Shown here piece by piece: positions 51,004 to 61,520 of a stretch of 64,000 nt of DNA. The DNA is from Longimicrobiales bacterium. Lineage in GTDB: Bacteria > Gemmatimonadota > Gemmatimonadetes > Longimicrobiales > Gaopeijiaceae. The DNA lies in assembly GCA_965226375.1 (NCBI GenBank), contig CBDDCX010000008.1:736001-800000 (forward strand), read 5' to 3'. Position 1 is the first letter of the stretch; each line of letters begins with the position of its first letter. The position numbers and the translations under genes were made by a program. The notes below the pieces were generated by a model, which saw nothing but the letters and a program-made list of their open reading frames with translations, did not search any database and was not told where the DNA came from.

Positions 51004-53208
51004 ATGCCCAGCGCCACAGCTACTCCCACGATTCGAGGCTTGCCCCGTCCTTTGGCCCGGGCCATGGAGTCGTACGCCGATCGCCTGGATGTCGATGCGG
51101 TGAGGGATGCGTACGAACTGGCGCGAGAGGCCCACGCGGGCCAGCGCCGCGCCTCCGGCGACGAGTTCGTCACCCACGCCGTCGAGGTTGCCACCATTCT
51201 GAGCCTGCTCGGGCTGGACACCGATTCCCTGGTGTCCGGTCTGGTTCACGATGTGGTCGAGGACACGACCGTCTCCTTGGCGGACATCGACAAACGGTTC
51301 GGCAAGAGTGTGTCGACGATCGTGGACGGGGTCACCAAGATCGGCCGTGTGGAGTTCCGCTCGCATACCGAACAGCAGGTCGAGAACTACCGCAAGCTCC
51401 TCCTCTCCATGGCTCGCGACGCCCGGGTGATTCTGGTCAAGCTGGCCGACCGCCTGCACAACATGCGCACCCTCGATGCCCTCAAGCCGGTACAACAGCG
51501 TCGCATCGCGCTCGAGACACGGGAGATCTACGCACCGCTGGCTCATCGACTCGGCATGGCCGCGATCCGGTGGGAGCTGGAGGATCTGGCCTTCAAGTAC
51601 CTGGAGCCCGACGCGTACGAGGCGCTTCGCAAGAAGGTTCGCCAGCGCCGCAAGGAGCGAGAGCGGCAGATCGTCGAGATGAAGCGGCCCCTGGACGAGG
51701 CCCTGGCCGAAGCCGGCGTCCCGGCCGAGGTGACGGGACGGCCCAAGCACCTGTGGTCCATCTACCGAAAAATGGTCTACCGTGGCGTGCCCTACGAGGA
51801 CATCTACGACCTCATGGCCATGCGGGTCTTCACGGACAGCGTCCAGAATTGCTACGCGGCTCTCGGAGTCATTCACAACCGTTGGACGCCGGTCCAGGAC
51901 CGCTTCCACGACTTCATCGCCACGCCCAAGACCAACATGTACCGCTCGTTGCACACGACGGTAATCGGGCCCGGCGGCCGAAGATATGAGATCCAGATCC
52001 GCAGCGAGGAGATGCACCGCACGGCCGAGTACGGGATCGCTGCACACTGGCGCTACAAGGAAGGGCTCGAGGAGCCTGGGGCGGAGCAGGAGCCAGACGA
52101 GGTCGACGAGGCCCTCACCTGGTTCCGTCAGGTTTTGGAGTGGCAGAAGGACGCCGATGAGCCGGAGGAATTCATGGAATTCCTGCGCATGGACCTGTTC
52201 CAGGGTGAGATCTTCATCTTTACTCCGAAGGGTGACGTCAAACCACTGCCGGTGGGCGCCACGCCGATCGACTTTGCCTACTCCGTGCACACCGAGGTCG
52301 GCCAGCGGTGCGCAGGTGCCAGGGTGAACGGACGAATCGCTCCCCTGTCTCGCGAGCTCAAGAATGGCGACACGGTGGAGATCATCACCGACACCCGACA
52401 ACGGCCCAACAGGGACTGGCTCGGGTTCGTAAAGACGTCACGCGCCCGCGGCCGCATCAAGCAGTGGATTCGCAAGGAGGAGCACGCTTCGGCCCTGAAG
52501 CTCGGAAAGGATTTCTTCGAGCGCGAGGTGAGGAAGGCGCGTCGTGACAAGCCGACCAAGGTCCAGATGAAGGAGGCCGCTGAGAGCCTGGGCTACGCGG
52601 ACTTCGATCAGGTGCTCTCGTCGCTTGGACGCGGCGACGTGGGGCCCACATCAGTCATACGGGCTCTGTACCCGGATGAGGATCCCCACGAGGTCGTCCA
52701 GCGGTCGCCGAGCGCCCTGGAGCGCATCGCGGACCGCATTCGCCGATCGAACCGGGGCGTGCGGATCCAGGGGATGGACAACCTGATGATCCGTTACTCC
52801 CAGTGTTGTCAGCCGGTCCCCGGCGACAACGTGATCGGATACATCACCCAGGGGCGAGGCGTCTCGATCCACCGTACGGATTGCCCCAACGTCTTGAACC
52901 TCGCCGAGGATCGGCGCGTGGAGATCGAGTGGACGGCCGAGAAGGGGGACCGGTTCTTCGTAAAGCTGTACCTGGAGGGGAGCGATCGGCGAGGCCTCCT
53001 CTCGGACGTGGCCAAGGCCATCACCGACACGGGCACGGACATCGCCCAGGCGGAGATGGGGGGAGTCGAGCACGGAATGCTCGGACAGTTCTCCGTAGAG
53101 GTGCAGGATCTCGCCCACCTGAACCGCGTCATGAAGGCCATCCGCCGCGTGAAAGGGGTGGTGGAGGTGAACCGGCGGGAGACTTTTCAGGAGTCGGATC
53201 TTCGATAG
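51004..53208 (+). CDS. spoT: Bifunctional (p)ppGpp synthetase/hydrolase (long RSH)
   Basis: HDVVED hydrolase, KLADRLHNMRT, RPKH, YRSLHT, TGS (DFAYSVH), CCQPVPGD, ACT domain. Confidence 0.95.
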   Translation: MPSATATPTIRGLPRPLARAMESYADRLDVDAVRDAYELAREAHAGQRRASGDEFVTHAVEVATILSLLGLDTDSLVSGLVHDVVEDTTVSLADIDKRFGKSVSTIVDGVTKIGRVEFRSHTEQQVENYRKLLLSMARDARVILVKLADRLHNMRTLDALKPVQQRRIALETREIYAPLAHRLGMAAIRWELEDLAFKYLEPDAYEALRKKVRQRRKERERQIVEMKRPLDEALAEAGVPAEVTGRPKHLWSIYRKMVYRGVPYEDIYDLMAMRVFTDSVQNCYAALGVIHNRWTPVQDRFHDFIATPKTNMYRSLHTTVIGPGGRRYEIQIRSEEMHRTAEYGIAAHWRYKEGLEEPGAEQEPDEVDEALTWFRQVLEWQKDADEPEEFMEFLRMDLFQGEIFIFTPKGDVKPLPVGATPIDFAYSVHTEVGQRCAGARVNGRIAPLSRELKNGDTVEIITDTRQRPNRDWLGFVKTSRARGRIKQWIRKEEHASALKLGKDFFEREVRKARRDKPTKVQMKEAAESLGYADFDQVLSSLGRGDVGPTSVIRALYPDEDPHEVVQRSPSALERIADRIRRSNRGVRIQGMDNLMIRYSQCCQPVPGDNVIGYITQGRGVSIHRTDCPNVLNLAEDRRVEIEWTAEKGDRFFVKLYLEGSDRRGLLSDVAKAITDTGTDIAQAEMGGVEHGMLGQFSVEVQDLAHLNRVMKAIRRVKGVVEVNRRETFQESDLR

Positions 53209-53477
53209 AAGGCTGCTGAGGAGATACAGTGGGTCGCGCACAGGGGTCTTGCGAGGCTCAGACTAGGAACGACGACGAGTCGTAGCAGGGCTACGGCGAG
53301 GAGGAGAGACAACGTATGAGTCCGCAACCCCCCTGTGCCCTCCGGGTTAGGGCGGCGAGGGTCCATCGCGGGTGTTGGCGCTCCTCCCCGATACTACAGC
53401 ATCGCGTCGTCGCGCCGCCTACGCGCTGGACCCTCGGCGCTCCTAACGCGACCCGCTGTATCTCCTCAGCAGCCTTC
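53208..53477. mobile_element. MITE-like non-autonomous element (270 bp) with ~31-bp TIRs and TA target duplication
   Basis: GAAGGCTGCTGAGGAGATACAGTGGGTCGCG ... CGCGACCCGCTGTATCTCCTCAGCAGCCTTC (1 mismatch); TA on both sides. Confidence 0.8.
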
Positions 53478-53480
53478 TAG

Positions 53481-55469
53481 ATGCCGAAATTCCAGATCTC
53501 CTCCACCTACGAACCGCAGGGCGACCAGCCCGCGGCCATCGCCGAGCTCAGCGCGGGGCTCGGTCGCGGCGACCGATTTCAGACCCTTCTCGGGGCCACG
53601 GGCACGGGTAAGACGTTCACGATCGCCAACGTGATTGCCGAGTACGGGCGACCCACCCTCGTCACATCCCACAACAAGACGCTGGCCGCGCAGCTCTACG
53701 GGGAGCTCAAGGCGCTCTTTCCCCGCAATGCCGTCGAGTACTTCATCTCCTACTACGACTACTACCAGCCCGAGGCCTACGTACCGTCCACCGACACGTA
53801 CATCGAGAAGGACTCCAGCATTAACGAGGACATCGAGCGCCTGCGATTGCGCACGACCTCGTCGCTCATGGAGAGGGAGGACGTCATCGTGGTGGCGTCG
53901 GTCTCCTGCATCTATGGCCTGGGAAACCCGATGGACTACCGTTCGCTCATGCTCCACTTGCGGGTGGGCCAGAAGATCGGTCGCAGGGAGATCCTGAAAG
54001 GGCTGGTGGAGACCCAGTATCGGCGCAACGACTACGAATTCCAAAGAGGCACGTTCCGGGTCAGGGGAGATACGGTGGAGATCTTTCCTGCCTATGAAGA
54101 GCAGGCGATCCGTGTAGAGCTCTGGGGAGACGAGGTCGAGCGTCTCACCCGCTTCGAGCCCCTCACCGGAGAGATCGTGACACCCATGGATCGGGCGTCC
54201 ATCTATCCTGCGAGCCACTACGTGACCCGCCGGGAGATCATCGAGGGTATGGCGCCGGCGGTGCGTGAAGAGATGGGGCGGCAGGTCGCCCACTTCGAGG
54301 CCGAGGGCTGCCTCCTGGAGGCCCAGAGGATCGAGAGTCGCACCAACTTCGACCTCGAGATGATGCTGGAGATCGGGACCTGTCCGGGCATCGAGAACTA
54401 CTCGCTCTACACGAGCGGTCGGCGCACGGGGGAACGGCCGGCGTGCTTGTTCGACTACTTTCCCGAGGATTTTCTGCTGGTCGTCGACGAGTCCCACGCG
54501 TCCGTCCCACAGATCCACGGCATGCACAAGGGCGACCGGTCGCGTAAAGAGACGCTCATCGAGCACGGCTTCCGGCTGCCCAGCGCCCTCGACAATCGCC
54601 CGCTCACCTTCGACGAGTGGGACTCGCTGGTGCACAAGGCGGTCTTCGTGTCCGCGACCCCGGGGGACTGGGAGTTGGAGCGGTCCGGCGGCGTGGTCGT
54701 GGAGCAGATCATCCGGCCGACCGGCCTGATCGACCCCGAGGTGGACATCAGGCCCGTGAAGGGCCAGGTGGACGATCTCCTTGCCGAGATCCGGGCGCGC
54801 GAGGTCAAGGGCGAGCGGGTGCTGGTCACCACTCTGACCAAGCGGATGGCGGAAGACCTCTCCGAGTATCTCCAGTCGGTGGGGGTCCGCGTGAGCTACA
54901 TGCACTCCGACATCGATACCATCGAGCGCATGAAAATCCTGCGGGAGCTGCGTCTGGGGAAGATCGACGTCCTGGTGGGCATCAACCTGTTGAGGGAAGG
55001 GCTGGATCTCCCCGAGGTGTCGCTCGTGGCGATCCTCGATGCCGACAAGGAGGGATTCCTCCGGGACAGCCGTTCGCTGATCCAGACCATCGGTCGCGCG
55101 GCTCGCAACGTGGATGGACGAGCCATCCTCTATGCCGATCGTATAACGCGGTCCATGCAGATGTGTCTGGACGAGACCGACCGGCGGCGCGAGATCCAGA
55201 GCGCGTACAACGAGGAGCACGGCGTTACCCCCGAGACGATTCAGAAAAGCATCCAGGAGATCGAGTTCTCCACACGGGTGGCGGATGCCAGCAACAAGCC
55301 TTTGGCACGGGTCTCGGAGCCCAAGCAGAGCTACGCCGACGAGGTGAACACGGAGGAGTACATCAAGATCCTGGAGCAGGAGATGACCGAGGCCGCCGAG
55401 GCCATGGACTTCGAGAGGGCGGCGCTGTTGCGAGATCAGGTCTTCGATCTCAAGGCCGCAGTGGGATGA
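53481..55469 (+). CDS. uvrB: Excinuclease ABC subunit B
   Basis: [32 protein letters not shown]. Confidence 0.99.
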   Translation: MPKFQISSTYEPQGDQPAAIAELSAGLGRGDRFQTLLGATGTGKTFTIANVIAEYGRPTLVTSHNKTLAAQLYGELKALFPRNAVEYFISYYDYYQPEAYVPSTDTYIEKDSSINEDIERLRLRTTSSLMEREDVIVVASVSCIYGLGNPMDYRSLMLHLRVGQKIGRREILKGLVETQYRRNDYEFQRGTFRVRGDTVEIFPAYEEQAIRVELWGDEVERLTRFEPLTGEIVTPMDRASIYPASHYVTRREIIEGMAPAVREEMGRQVAHFEAEGCLLEAQRIESRTNFDLEMMLEIGTCPGIENYSLYTSGRRTGERPACLFDYFPEDFLLVVDESHASVPQIHGMHKGDRSRKETLIEHGFRLPSALDNRPLTFDEWDSLVHKAVFVSATPGDWELERSGGVVVEQIIRPTGLIDPEVDIRPVKGQVDDLLAEIRAREVKGERVLVTTLTKRMAEDLSEYLQSVGVRVSYMHSDIDTIERMKILRELRLGKIDVLVGINLLREGLDLPEVSLVAILDADKEGFLRDSRSLIQTIGRAARNVDGRAILYADRITRSMQMCLDETDRRREIQSAYNEEHGVTPETIQKSIQEIEFSTRVADASNKPLARVSEPKQSYADEVNTEEYIKILEQEMTEAAEAMDFERAALLRDQVFDLKAAVG

Positions 55470-55927
55470 ACCTGAACGAGGCGGAACTGGCCCGTTGGGG
55501 AGAGGTCATCGGGGCCGAGGTGCACACGCCGATGTTCGTGCTGCTCCGGGGACCGTTGGGCGCGGGTAAGTCCGTGCTGGCCCGGGCCATCGCCCGAGGC
55601 ACGGGCGTGCAGGGGACGATCCCTTCGCCGACGTTCAACATTCTCTTCCGCTATCCGACGAACCGGGATCTTCAGGTCGTGCATCTGGATCTGTATCGCG
55701 TATCGGAGCCCGGGGAGCTGTGGGAGCTGGGGTGGCGCGAATTGGGCGCGCCCGACGAGTTGGTCCTCGTGGAGTGGCCGGAGCGTGCAGAGGACCACCT
55801 TCCTCACGACCGTTGGGAGGTCACGCTCGCTCACGTCGACGGGGACGCCGACAGCCGCACCGTCGAGGTGAACCGAGTCGGTCGGCCACCTCATCTGCCC
55901 GGCTTTCCGGTTTCGCTCAGCGCGTGA
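55466..55927 (+). CDS. tsaE: t6A biosynthesis ATPase TsaE
   Basis: [26 protein letters not shown]. Confidence 0.95.
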   Translation: MNLNEAELARWGEVIGAEVHTPMFVLLRGPLGAGKSVLARAIARGTGVQGTIPSPTFNILFRYPTNRDLQVVHLDLYRVSEPGELWELGWRELGAPDELVLVEWPERAEDHLPHDRWEVTLAHVDGDADSRTVEVNRVGRPPHLPGFPVSLSA

Positions 55928-56688
55928 GTGACATCAGCCCCTCCGGGTCGGTCGAGGGCTTTCTCCTGGCCTTCGATACGTCCACGCCGCTGGGCTCGGT
56001 GGCTGTAGGAGCCGGGACCGACGTCCTGTCTCGGACCGAGCTGAGACGTCAGGGCGCCCACTCTTCCGATCTGATTCCGAAGATTCATGAGACCCTCGAG
56101 CGGGGTGGGGTGGACTTGAGCGAGCTGACCGGGCTCGTGGTCGGGTCCGGGCCCGGTTCGTTCACCGGAGTGAGGGTTGCGGCGGCCACGGCGAAGGGGC
56201 TGGCTCAGGCTCTCGAGATCCCGCTCTGGCCCGTTTCATCGCTCGAGGCGGGGGCTGCGGCGGTGGACGCCCCGTGGGTGCCCGTTTCAGACGGGCCACG
56301 TGCGGAGCTGTCGTCCGACGAACGGACTTGGCCCCGCTACGTCCTCTTCGACGCGCGTGCCGATCGGGTCTACGCGGCGTGTTATCTGCCCACCGAGCAC
56401 GGGCTGCAAGAGCTCATCGCTCCTCATTCCACCACCATCGGCGAGATCCTCTCGGGTGACGTGCCCTTCTCGATCTTCGGGGGCGACGGTGCCGATCGCC
56501 ATGCGGACGAGATCCGCGGCGCCGGCTTCCCGGTGCTCCCGACGCCCATGGCGATGCCGACGGCGGATGGGCTGCTCACCATTCTGCGAGAAGGGCCCGC
56601 GCGGGCGCCCGTGGAGGATCTGGCCCGTTGGGAGCCCGACTATCTCCGCCCCTCCTCTGCGGAGCGCCTGTCCGCTGCGGCTCCGTGA
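55924..56688 (+). CDS. tsaB: t6A biosynthesis protein TsaB
   Basis: LAFDTST, GPGSFTGVRV, DAR, EPDYLR. Confidence 0.95.
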   Translation: MSDISPSGSVEGFLLAFDTSTPLGSVAVGAGTDVLSRTELRRQGAHSSDLIPKIHETLERGGVDLSELTGLVVGSGPGSFTGVRVAAATAKGLAQALEIPLWPVSSLEAGAAAVDAPWVPVSDGPRAELSSDERTWPRYVLFDARADRVYAACYLPTEHGLQELIAPHSTTIGEILSGDVPFSIFGGDGADRHADEIRGAGFPVLPTPMAMPTADGLLTILREGPARAPVEDLARWEPDYLRPSSAERLSAAAP

Positions 56689-57173
56689 CCAGAGATCCGG
56701 CCCTTCATCGTCCGACCATACGGCCCATGGCAGCCGCTGACGCCGCTGCGGTGGCCCGCATGGAGGCGGCCACTTTCAGCACCCCCTGGAAGGAAGACAC
56801 CTTCCACTCGCTTCTCGAGCGTCCGGGCGTGGAGCTCTGGGTCGCCGATCTGGACGGAGAGGTGGCGGCCTACGCGATCCTCTGGTGCATTCTCGAGGAA
56901 GGCGAGTTGGCGAACATCGCGGTGCGTGACGACCTGAGAGGCAGGGGGATCGGCTCGGAACTGCTCGACTGGATGTTGGGGGTGGCCGAGAGGTGCGGGG
57001 TGCGGAATCTCTACCTGGAGGTTCGGGAGTCAAACGAGGGTGCCTTGCGGCTCTACGGGGGTCGCGGATTCATGGAAATCGGAGTTCGCAAAGGGTACTA
57101 CGAGCGGCCTCGAGAGGACGCCCGGGTGCTCAAATTGGCGCTCGGTTCGCAAGGAAATACGGCTGTTTCCTGA
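56685..57173 (+). CDS. rimI: Ribosomal-protein alanine N-acetyltransferase
   Basis: NIAV...RGRGIG...LEVRESN...RKGYY...EDA; follows tsaB. Confidence 0.9.
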   Translation: MTRDPALHRPTIRPMAAADAAAVARMEAATFSTPWKEDTFHSLLERPGVELWVADLDGEVAAYAILWCILEEGELANIAVRDDLRGRGIGSELLDWMLGVAERCGVRNLYLEVRESNEGALRLYGGRGFMEIGVRKGYYERPREDARVLKLALGSQGNTAVS

Positions 57174-57216
57174 ACGTCTCAGTGGAAACGTTTGTAGTCG
57201 AATGGCAAAAAACGCG

Positions 57217-57246
57217 TTGACCCCCAGACCCATATCGGCCTATCTT
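57217..57246 (+). promoter_or_regulatory. Candidate sigma70 promoter of the LysM gene
   Basis: TTGACC-18-TATCTT with A-rich upstream sequence. Confidence 0.45.
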
Positions 57247-57300
57247 CGAGCATGGATAACGGAGAATAAAGTCCCGTCCCACCTGGAAAAGGAAGCGATC

Positions 57301-58392
57301 ATGGTCCGGTTCGCCCTCACGGTGCTGGCCCTGACAATTTTGCCCGGTTTCGCGGTTGCCCAGCAGCCTGCTTCCCGCACGCACGTCGTCGTGGAGGGAG
57401 AGACGCTTTGGGCCCTGGCTCAGCGGTATTACGAGGACCCGTTCCTGTGGCCCCAGATCTTCGAGGCGAATCGGTCCCAGATCGAGGATCCCAACCTGAT
57501 CGAGCCGGATCAGCAGTTCGTGATTCCCGGCATCGCTGCCGAGGACTCCGAGATGGCCGCGGGCGAGCCTGCGATCGTAGGGGGAGTCCAGGTCTCGCAG
57601 GCCCCTGATGCGCCTCCGGGAGGTGTCGAGGCCGAGGCCGAGGAACAGCTCAGTGAGCGCGATCGGCGCTCCGTCTTCTTCCGGGATCCGTTAATGGCAC
57701 TGGATGGCCAAGCGGTGGCCGACAGAGATTACCTGTTCGTGAGCCGTGCGTCGGTATGGTCCGCCGAGTGGTTGGGGCCCGAGAACACGGACGATATCGA
57801 GTCCGACGGGCAGATCGAGTCGTTTGTGACCGAGGGTGAGATGCGCACCGCTCTGCCGTATACGCGTGTCCGCCTCAGCCTCGCCGACGGATTCACCGTC
57901 GCTCTCGGTGACGTCCTCCAGATCTACCGGCCCCTCAGGACGGTCGAGGGCGTGGGTTCCGTAATCCGTCCCTCGGGGGTGCCGTCGATCACCAGAGTCG
58001 ATGACGTGGCCGTCGAGGGAGTCGTGCTTCAGCTCTTCGAGCGGGCTCAGCCGGGTGATTTCGTACGGCGGGCTCCCACCTTCGACCTGGTGGCAGGCCA
58101 GTATCCGGATCAGGTGACGACCCGCACCGGGGCTACAGTCATCGAGTTCGGTGGTTCGCACGCCATCTACAATCTCGGGGACGTCGCGATTCTGGACAGA
58201 GGTGGAGAGCACGGTGTGGAGATCGGCGACGAGTACGTCGCGTTCCAAGGAGATGGCTTGACGGAGGATGTGGTGGGCCGGCTCCGGGTCGTCGCCACGG
58301 AGAGTGAGACTGCTTCAGCGAGGATCGTATCCGTCGAGGGGCCTGTGTTCCACACCGGGATCGCGGTACACTTGGACCGAAAGATGAGGTAG
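57301..58392 (+). CDS. Secreted LysM peptidoglycan-binding protein
   Basis: Signal peptide; HVVVEGETLWALAQRYY.DPFLWPQIFEANR..I.DPNLIEP. Confidence 0.9.
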   Translation: MVRFALTVLALTILPGFAVAQQPASRTHVVVEGETLWALAQRYYEDPFLWPQIFEANRSQIEDPNLIEPDQQFVIPGIAAEDSEMAAGEPAIVGGVQVSQAPDAPPGGVEAEAEEQLSERDRRSVFFRDPLMALDGQAVADRDYLFVSRASVWSAEWLGPENTDDIESDGQIESFVTEGEMRTALPYTRVRLSLADGFTVALGDVLQIYRPLRTVEGVGSVIRPSGVPSITRVDDVAVEGVVLQLFERAQPGDFVRRAPTFDLVAGQYPDQVTTRTGATVIEFGGSHAIYNLGDVAILDRGGEHGVEIGDEYVAFQGDGLTEDVVGRLRVVATESETASARIVSVEGPVFHTGIAVHLDRKMR

Positions 58393-58424
58393 GTCCAGAA
58401 CTTCTTCACCCTGACGCGGCCCCG

Positions 58425-59234
58425 TTGACACACGTAGTCGCCCTTCTTCTATACACGGGATCTCTGATCCTGTGGTTTCGCTCCCTTCTGGTCGGGGGGC
58501 GGGGTCGTGGATCCCAGCTCGCATTCGGCATGGCTACGACAGGAGTCGTGGTGCACGCGATTGCGCTGGCCGCCTTCACGACCACCTATGGCCAGCTTCC
58601 GCTCGTAGGCCTGGCACCTTCACTCTCCACCCTGGCCTTCATCATCGGAGCCGGGCTCGTGACCACTCTCGGTCTGGGCGAGGTGCGCAGAGTCGGGATC
58701 GTCCTCGTTCCGGGAATGATCGTTCTGCAGGGCTTCGCCGTCTCCCTCGGATTCGCGCCCACCACGGACGTGCTGGACTTTCAAGGTGCCTGGTTCGTCT
58801 TCCACGTGACCCTGGCCTTCCTGGGCCTCTGTGGCATGGCGCTCGCTTTCGCGGCCGGATTACTCTACCTGGTCCAGCTCAGAGAGCTCAACAGCAAGCG
58901 TCTGGGTCGACTCTTCCAGTTTACGCCACCCCTGGCCACCCTGGATCGTTTGGTTCGGTTCGGCCTGGTTGCCGGCTTCCCCGCCTTCACCCTTTCGATC
59001 ATCCTCGGATTGGCGTGGACGGTGAGCTTCCGCCAATCCCTGGATCAGACCAATCCCAAGGTTGTCTGGGCGGTGCTGAGCTGGCTCGTGTTCGTGGTGG
59101 CGCTGGGATCGAGGGCGGGGGGCGGTCTCAAGGAACGTAGGAGCGCTGTCACCACCGTGGTGGGCTTCACGTTCATCGTCGTGTCCTACCTGACGCTTCG
59201 AGTGGTGAGTTCCGGCGGAGGCTTCTTCCTTTGA
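58425..59234 (+). CDS. ccsA: Cytochrome c assembly CcsA/HemX-like membrane protein
   Basis: Multiple TMs, WFVFHV, LYLVQ.RELNSK, PPLATLDRL, PKVVW; upstream of hemA. Confidence 0.75.
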   Translation: MTHVVALLLYTGSLILWFRSLLVGGRGRGSQLAFGMATTGVVVHAIALAAFTTTYGQLPLVGLAPSLSTLAFIIGAGLVTTLGLGEVRRVGIVLVPGMIVLQGFAVSLGFAPTTDVLDFQGAWFVFHVTLAFLGLCGMALAFAAGLLYLVQLRELNSKRLGRLFQFTPPLATLDRLVRFGLVAGFPAFTLSIILGLAWTVSFRQSLDQTNPKVVWAVLSWLVFVVALGSRAGGGLKERRSAVTTVVGFTFIVVSYLTLRVVSSGGGFFL

Positions 59235-60565
59235 CCTCGATAGCGGTCGTGGGCGTGAACCATCGCACCGCGCCTGTGGAGATACGGGAGCGATTCGCGT
59301 TCACCGAGAGTGAAGTCTTGGCCGCTCTCGGTGGACTCCGCGACCGCTCGGGAATGAAGGAGGCCGTCCTGCTGTCGACGTGCAACCGGACCGAACTGTA
59401 CCTATGCCCCGGATCGGACCCCGACCTGGTGGCGGCGGGCGAGGCGGTCTTGGCGGACAAGGCCGGTACTCTGGTGGGTGGGACGGCACAGTATCTCTAC
59501 CGAGCGGGTGGTCTGGAGTCCGTGTGCCACCTGTACCGCGTGGTGGCCGGCTTGGACTCCCTCGTCCTGGGCGAGGCCGAGATCCAGGGACAGGTTAAGG
59601 CGGCGTACGAGCTGGCGGGTCGTGTGACTGCCGATCCCCCGGTCGCGGGCCCCGTTCTCCACCGACTCTTCCAGACGGCCTTCGCCGTGGGGGGCCAGAT
59701 CCGGTCCCAGACGCCTATCGGCGAGGGAGCGGCGAGCGTGGCGTCCGTGGCCGTAGAGTTGGCCCGGAAGATCTTCGGTAGCCTGGAGGGTCGTAAGGTG
59801 ATGATCCTCGGTGCCGGAAACACGGCGGAGTTGGTCGTCGAGGCGATGAAGCGCGATCGCATTGAGGGCCTCATCGTGGCAAACCGGACTCACGGCCGGG
59901 CACAGGAGCTCGCCGGACGGCTGGCGGGTAAGGCAATCCACTTCGACGAGATGCCGTACGGCTTGGCCGAGATTGACGTCCTGGTGGCGTCCACGGCCGC
60001 TCCTCACGCTTTGGTCACACTCGACGGCTTCCGTCATGCGGTCGGGGGGCGCCGCGACAAGCCTCTCCTGATCCTCGACCTGGCTATCCCGAGAGACGTG
60101 GAGCCCGAATTGGGTGGTGAGGCCAACGTGTTCCTCTATAACGTCGATGACCTGCGAGAGATCATCGACGTGAACCTCATCCGGAGGCAGGCTTCGGTTC
60201 CGGACGCGGAGGCCATCGTGCAGGAGCACGCCGAGGCGTTCGCCCAGTGGCACGATGCTCGTGACGTGGTTCCCCTGATCAAGGGTATACGGAGCCGATG
60301 GGGCCGCCTGAGGGAGAGCGAGCTCGACTGGCTTTGGCAACGCCTTTCCCACTTGTCTGCCGAGGACCGTGAGGTCGTGGAATCGTTCTCGAAGCGGTTG
60401 TTGAACAAGCTGCTGCACGAGCCCACGACCCGCCTGAAAGAGGGCGTCGCCAACGGCCGGGGCGCCGAGTTCATCGATGCCGTACGCTTCCTCCACGCCA
60501 TCGAGGACGTCGAGTCTGGACCGGAACTTGCTGAACTACCGGAGCGGGACGAAACCGGTGAGTGA
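59231..60565 (+). CDS. hemA: Glutamyl-tRNA reductase
   Basis: LSTCNRTE, GLDSLVLGEAEIQGQVK, DLAIPRD. Confidence 0.98.
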   Translation: MTSIAVVGVNHRTAPVEIRERFAFTESEVLAALGGLRDRSGMKEAVLLSTCNRTELYLCPGSDPDLVAAGEAVLADKAGTLVGGTAQYLYRAGGLESVCHLYRVVAGLDSLVLGEAEIQGQVKAAYELAGRVTADPPVAGPVLHRLFQTAFAVGGQIRSQTPIGEGAASVASVAVELARKIFGSLEGRKVMILGAGNTAELVVEAMKRDRIEGLIVANRTHGRAQELAGRLAGKAIHFDEMPYGLAEIDVLVASTAAPHALVTLDGFRHAVGGRRDKPLLILDLAIPRDVEPELGGEANVFLYNVDDLREIIDVNLIRRQASVPDAEAIVQEHAEAFAQWHDARDVVPLIKGIRSRWGRLRESELDWLWQRLSHLSAEDREVVESFSKRLLNKLLHEPTTRLKEGVANGRGAEFIDAVRFLHAIEDVESGPELAELPERDETGE

Positions 60566-61520
60566 GTCAGCAAGGAAGGTTCTCGTGACGGGTGGCGCTG
60601 GGTTCATTGGCAGTCATGTGGCAGACGCCTACGTGGCGCGGGGTGACCGTGTTTGGGTCGTGGACGATCTCTCCAGCGGGGTCCGGGACAACGTCGGTCC
60701 CGACGTGGAGTTCGTCGAGATGGACATCGCCGACCCTGCGCTACGGGATCTGTTCCGGGAGGTCGGGTTCAATCTCGTCAGCCAGCACGCCGCCCAGATC
60801 GACGTCCGCATCTCCGTGGCCGATCCGGCGCGCGATGCCGGAGTGAACGTGCTCGGGCTCCTCAACGTTCTGGAAGGAGCTCGGGAGACCGGTACCGAAA
60901 GAGTCATCTACGTATCCAGTGGCGGAGTCGTGTACGGCGAGCCGGAAGAGGTGCCCACGCCCGAGTCCGCGCCCAAGCTGCCGCTGTCGCCTTACGGCGT
61001 CACCAAGCTCTCGGGAGAGCACTATCTCCACTACTACCGTCGGGTCCACGGCCTTGAATATGTGGCGCTGCGCTACGCCAATGTCTACGGACCGCGCCAG
61101 GATCCACATGGGGAGGCGGGTGTAGTAGCGATCTTCTGCGACCGCCTGCAGGCCGGCGAAGAGCTCACCATTTTCGGCGACGGAGAGCAGACCCGCGACT
61201 ACGTTTATGTGAGGGACGTGGTGAACGCCAACCTCAGGGCCTCGGACATGACTCTGCAACGAGAGCCCGACCTCGATTCGGTGGCGTTCAACGTGGGAAC
61301 CGGGACGGGGACCAGCGTGAACCGACTTGCCGACGTGCTCGAGGGCATTGCCGGAGATCATCCGGGCCGCGTCTATCGGGGTGAGCGTCCCGGAGAGCTG
61401 CGCCACAGCACGCTTTGTGTGTCCCGCTTCGCCGATCGGGGATGGGCACCCCGTCATTCGCTGGAGGACGGTCTCACAGAGACCTTCAACTTTATCGCAA
61501 ACCGAAAGAATGGGGGCTAG
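60558..61520 (+). CDS. NAD-dependent epimerase (GalE-like)
   Basis: TGGAGFIGSH, AAQIDVRIS, SPYGVTK, GPRQDPHGEAGVV. Confidence 0.9.
   Translation: MSESARKVLVTGGAGFIGSHVADAYVARGDRVWVVDDLSSGVRDNVGPDVEFVEMDIADPALRDLFREVGFNLVSQHAAQIDVRISVADPARDAGVNVLGLLNVLEGARETGTERVIYVSSGGVVYGEPEEVPTPESAPKLPLSPYGVTKLSGEHYLHYYRRVHGLEYVALRYANVYGPRQDPHGEAGVVAIFCDRLQAGEELTIFGDGEQTRDYVYVRDVVNANLRASDMTLQREPDLDSVAFNVGTGTGTSVNRLADVLEGIAGDHPGRVYRGERPGELRHSTLCVSRFADRGWAPRHSLEDGLTETFNFIANRKNGG

Noticed and set aside
58425..60565. ccsA-hemA without hemC, and hemD 40 kb away
   Set aside because: The ccsA/hemX-hemA pairing is known and scattered hem genes are common
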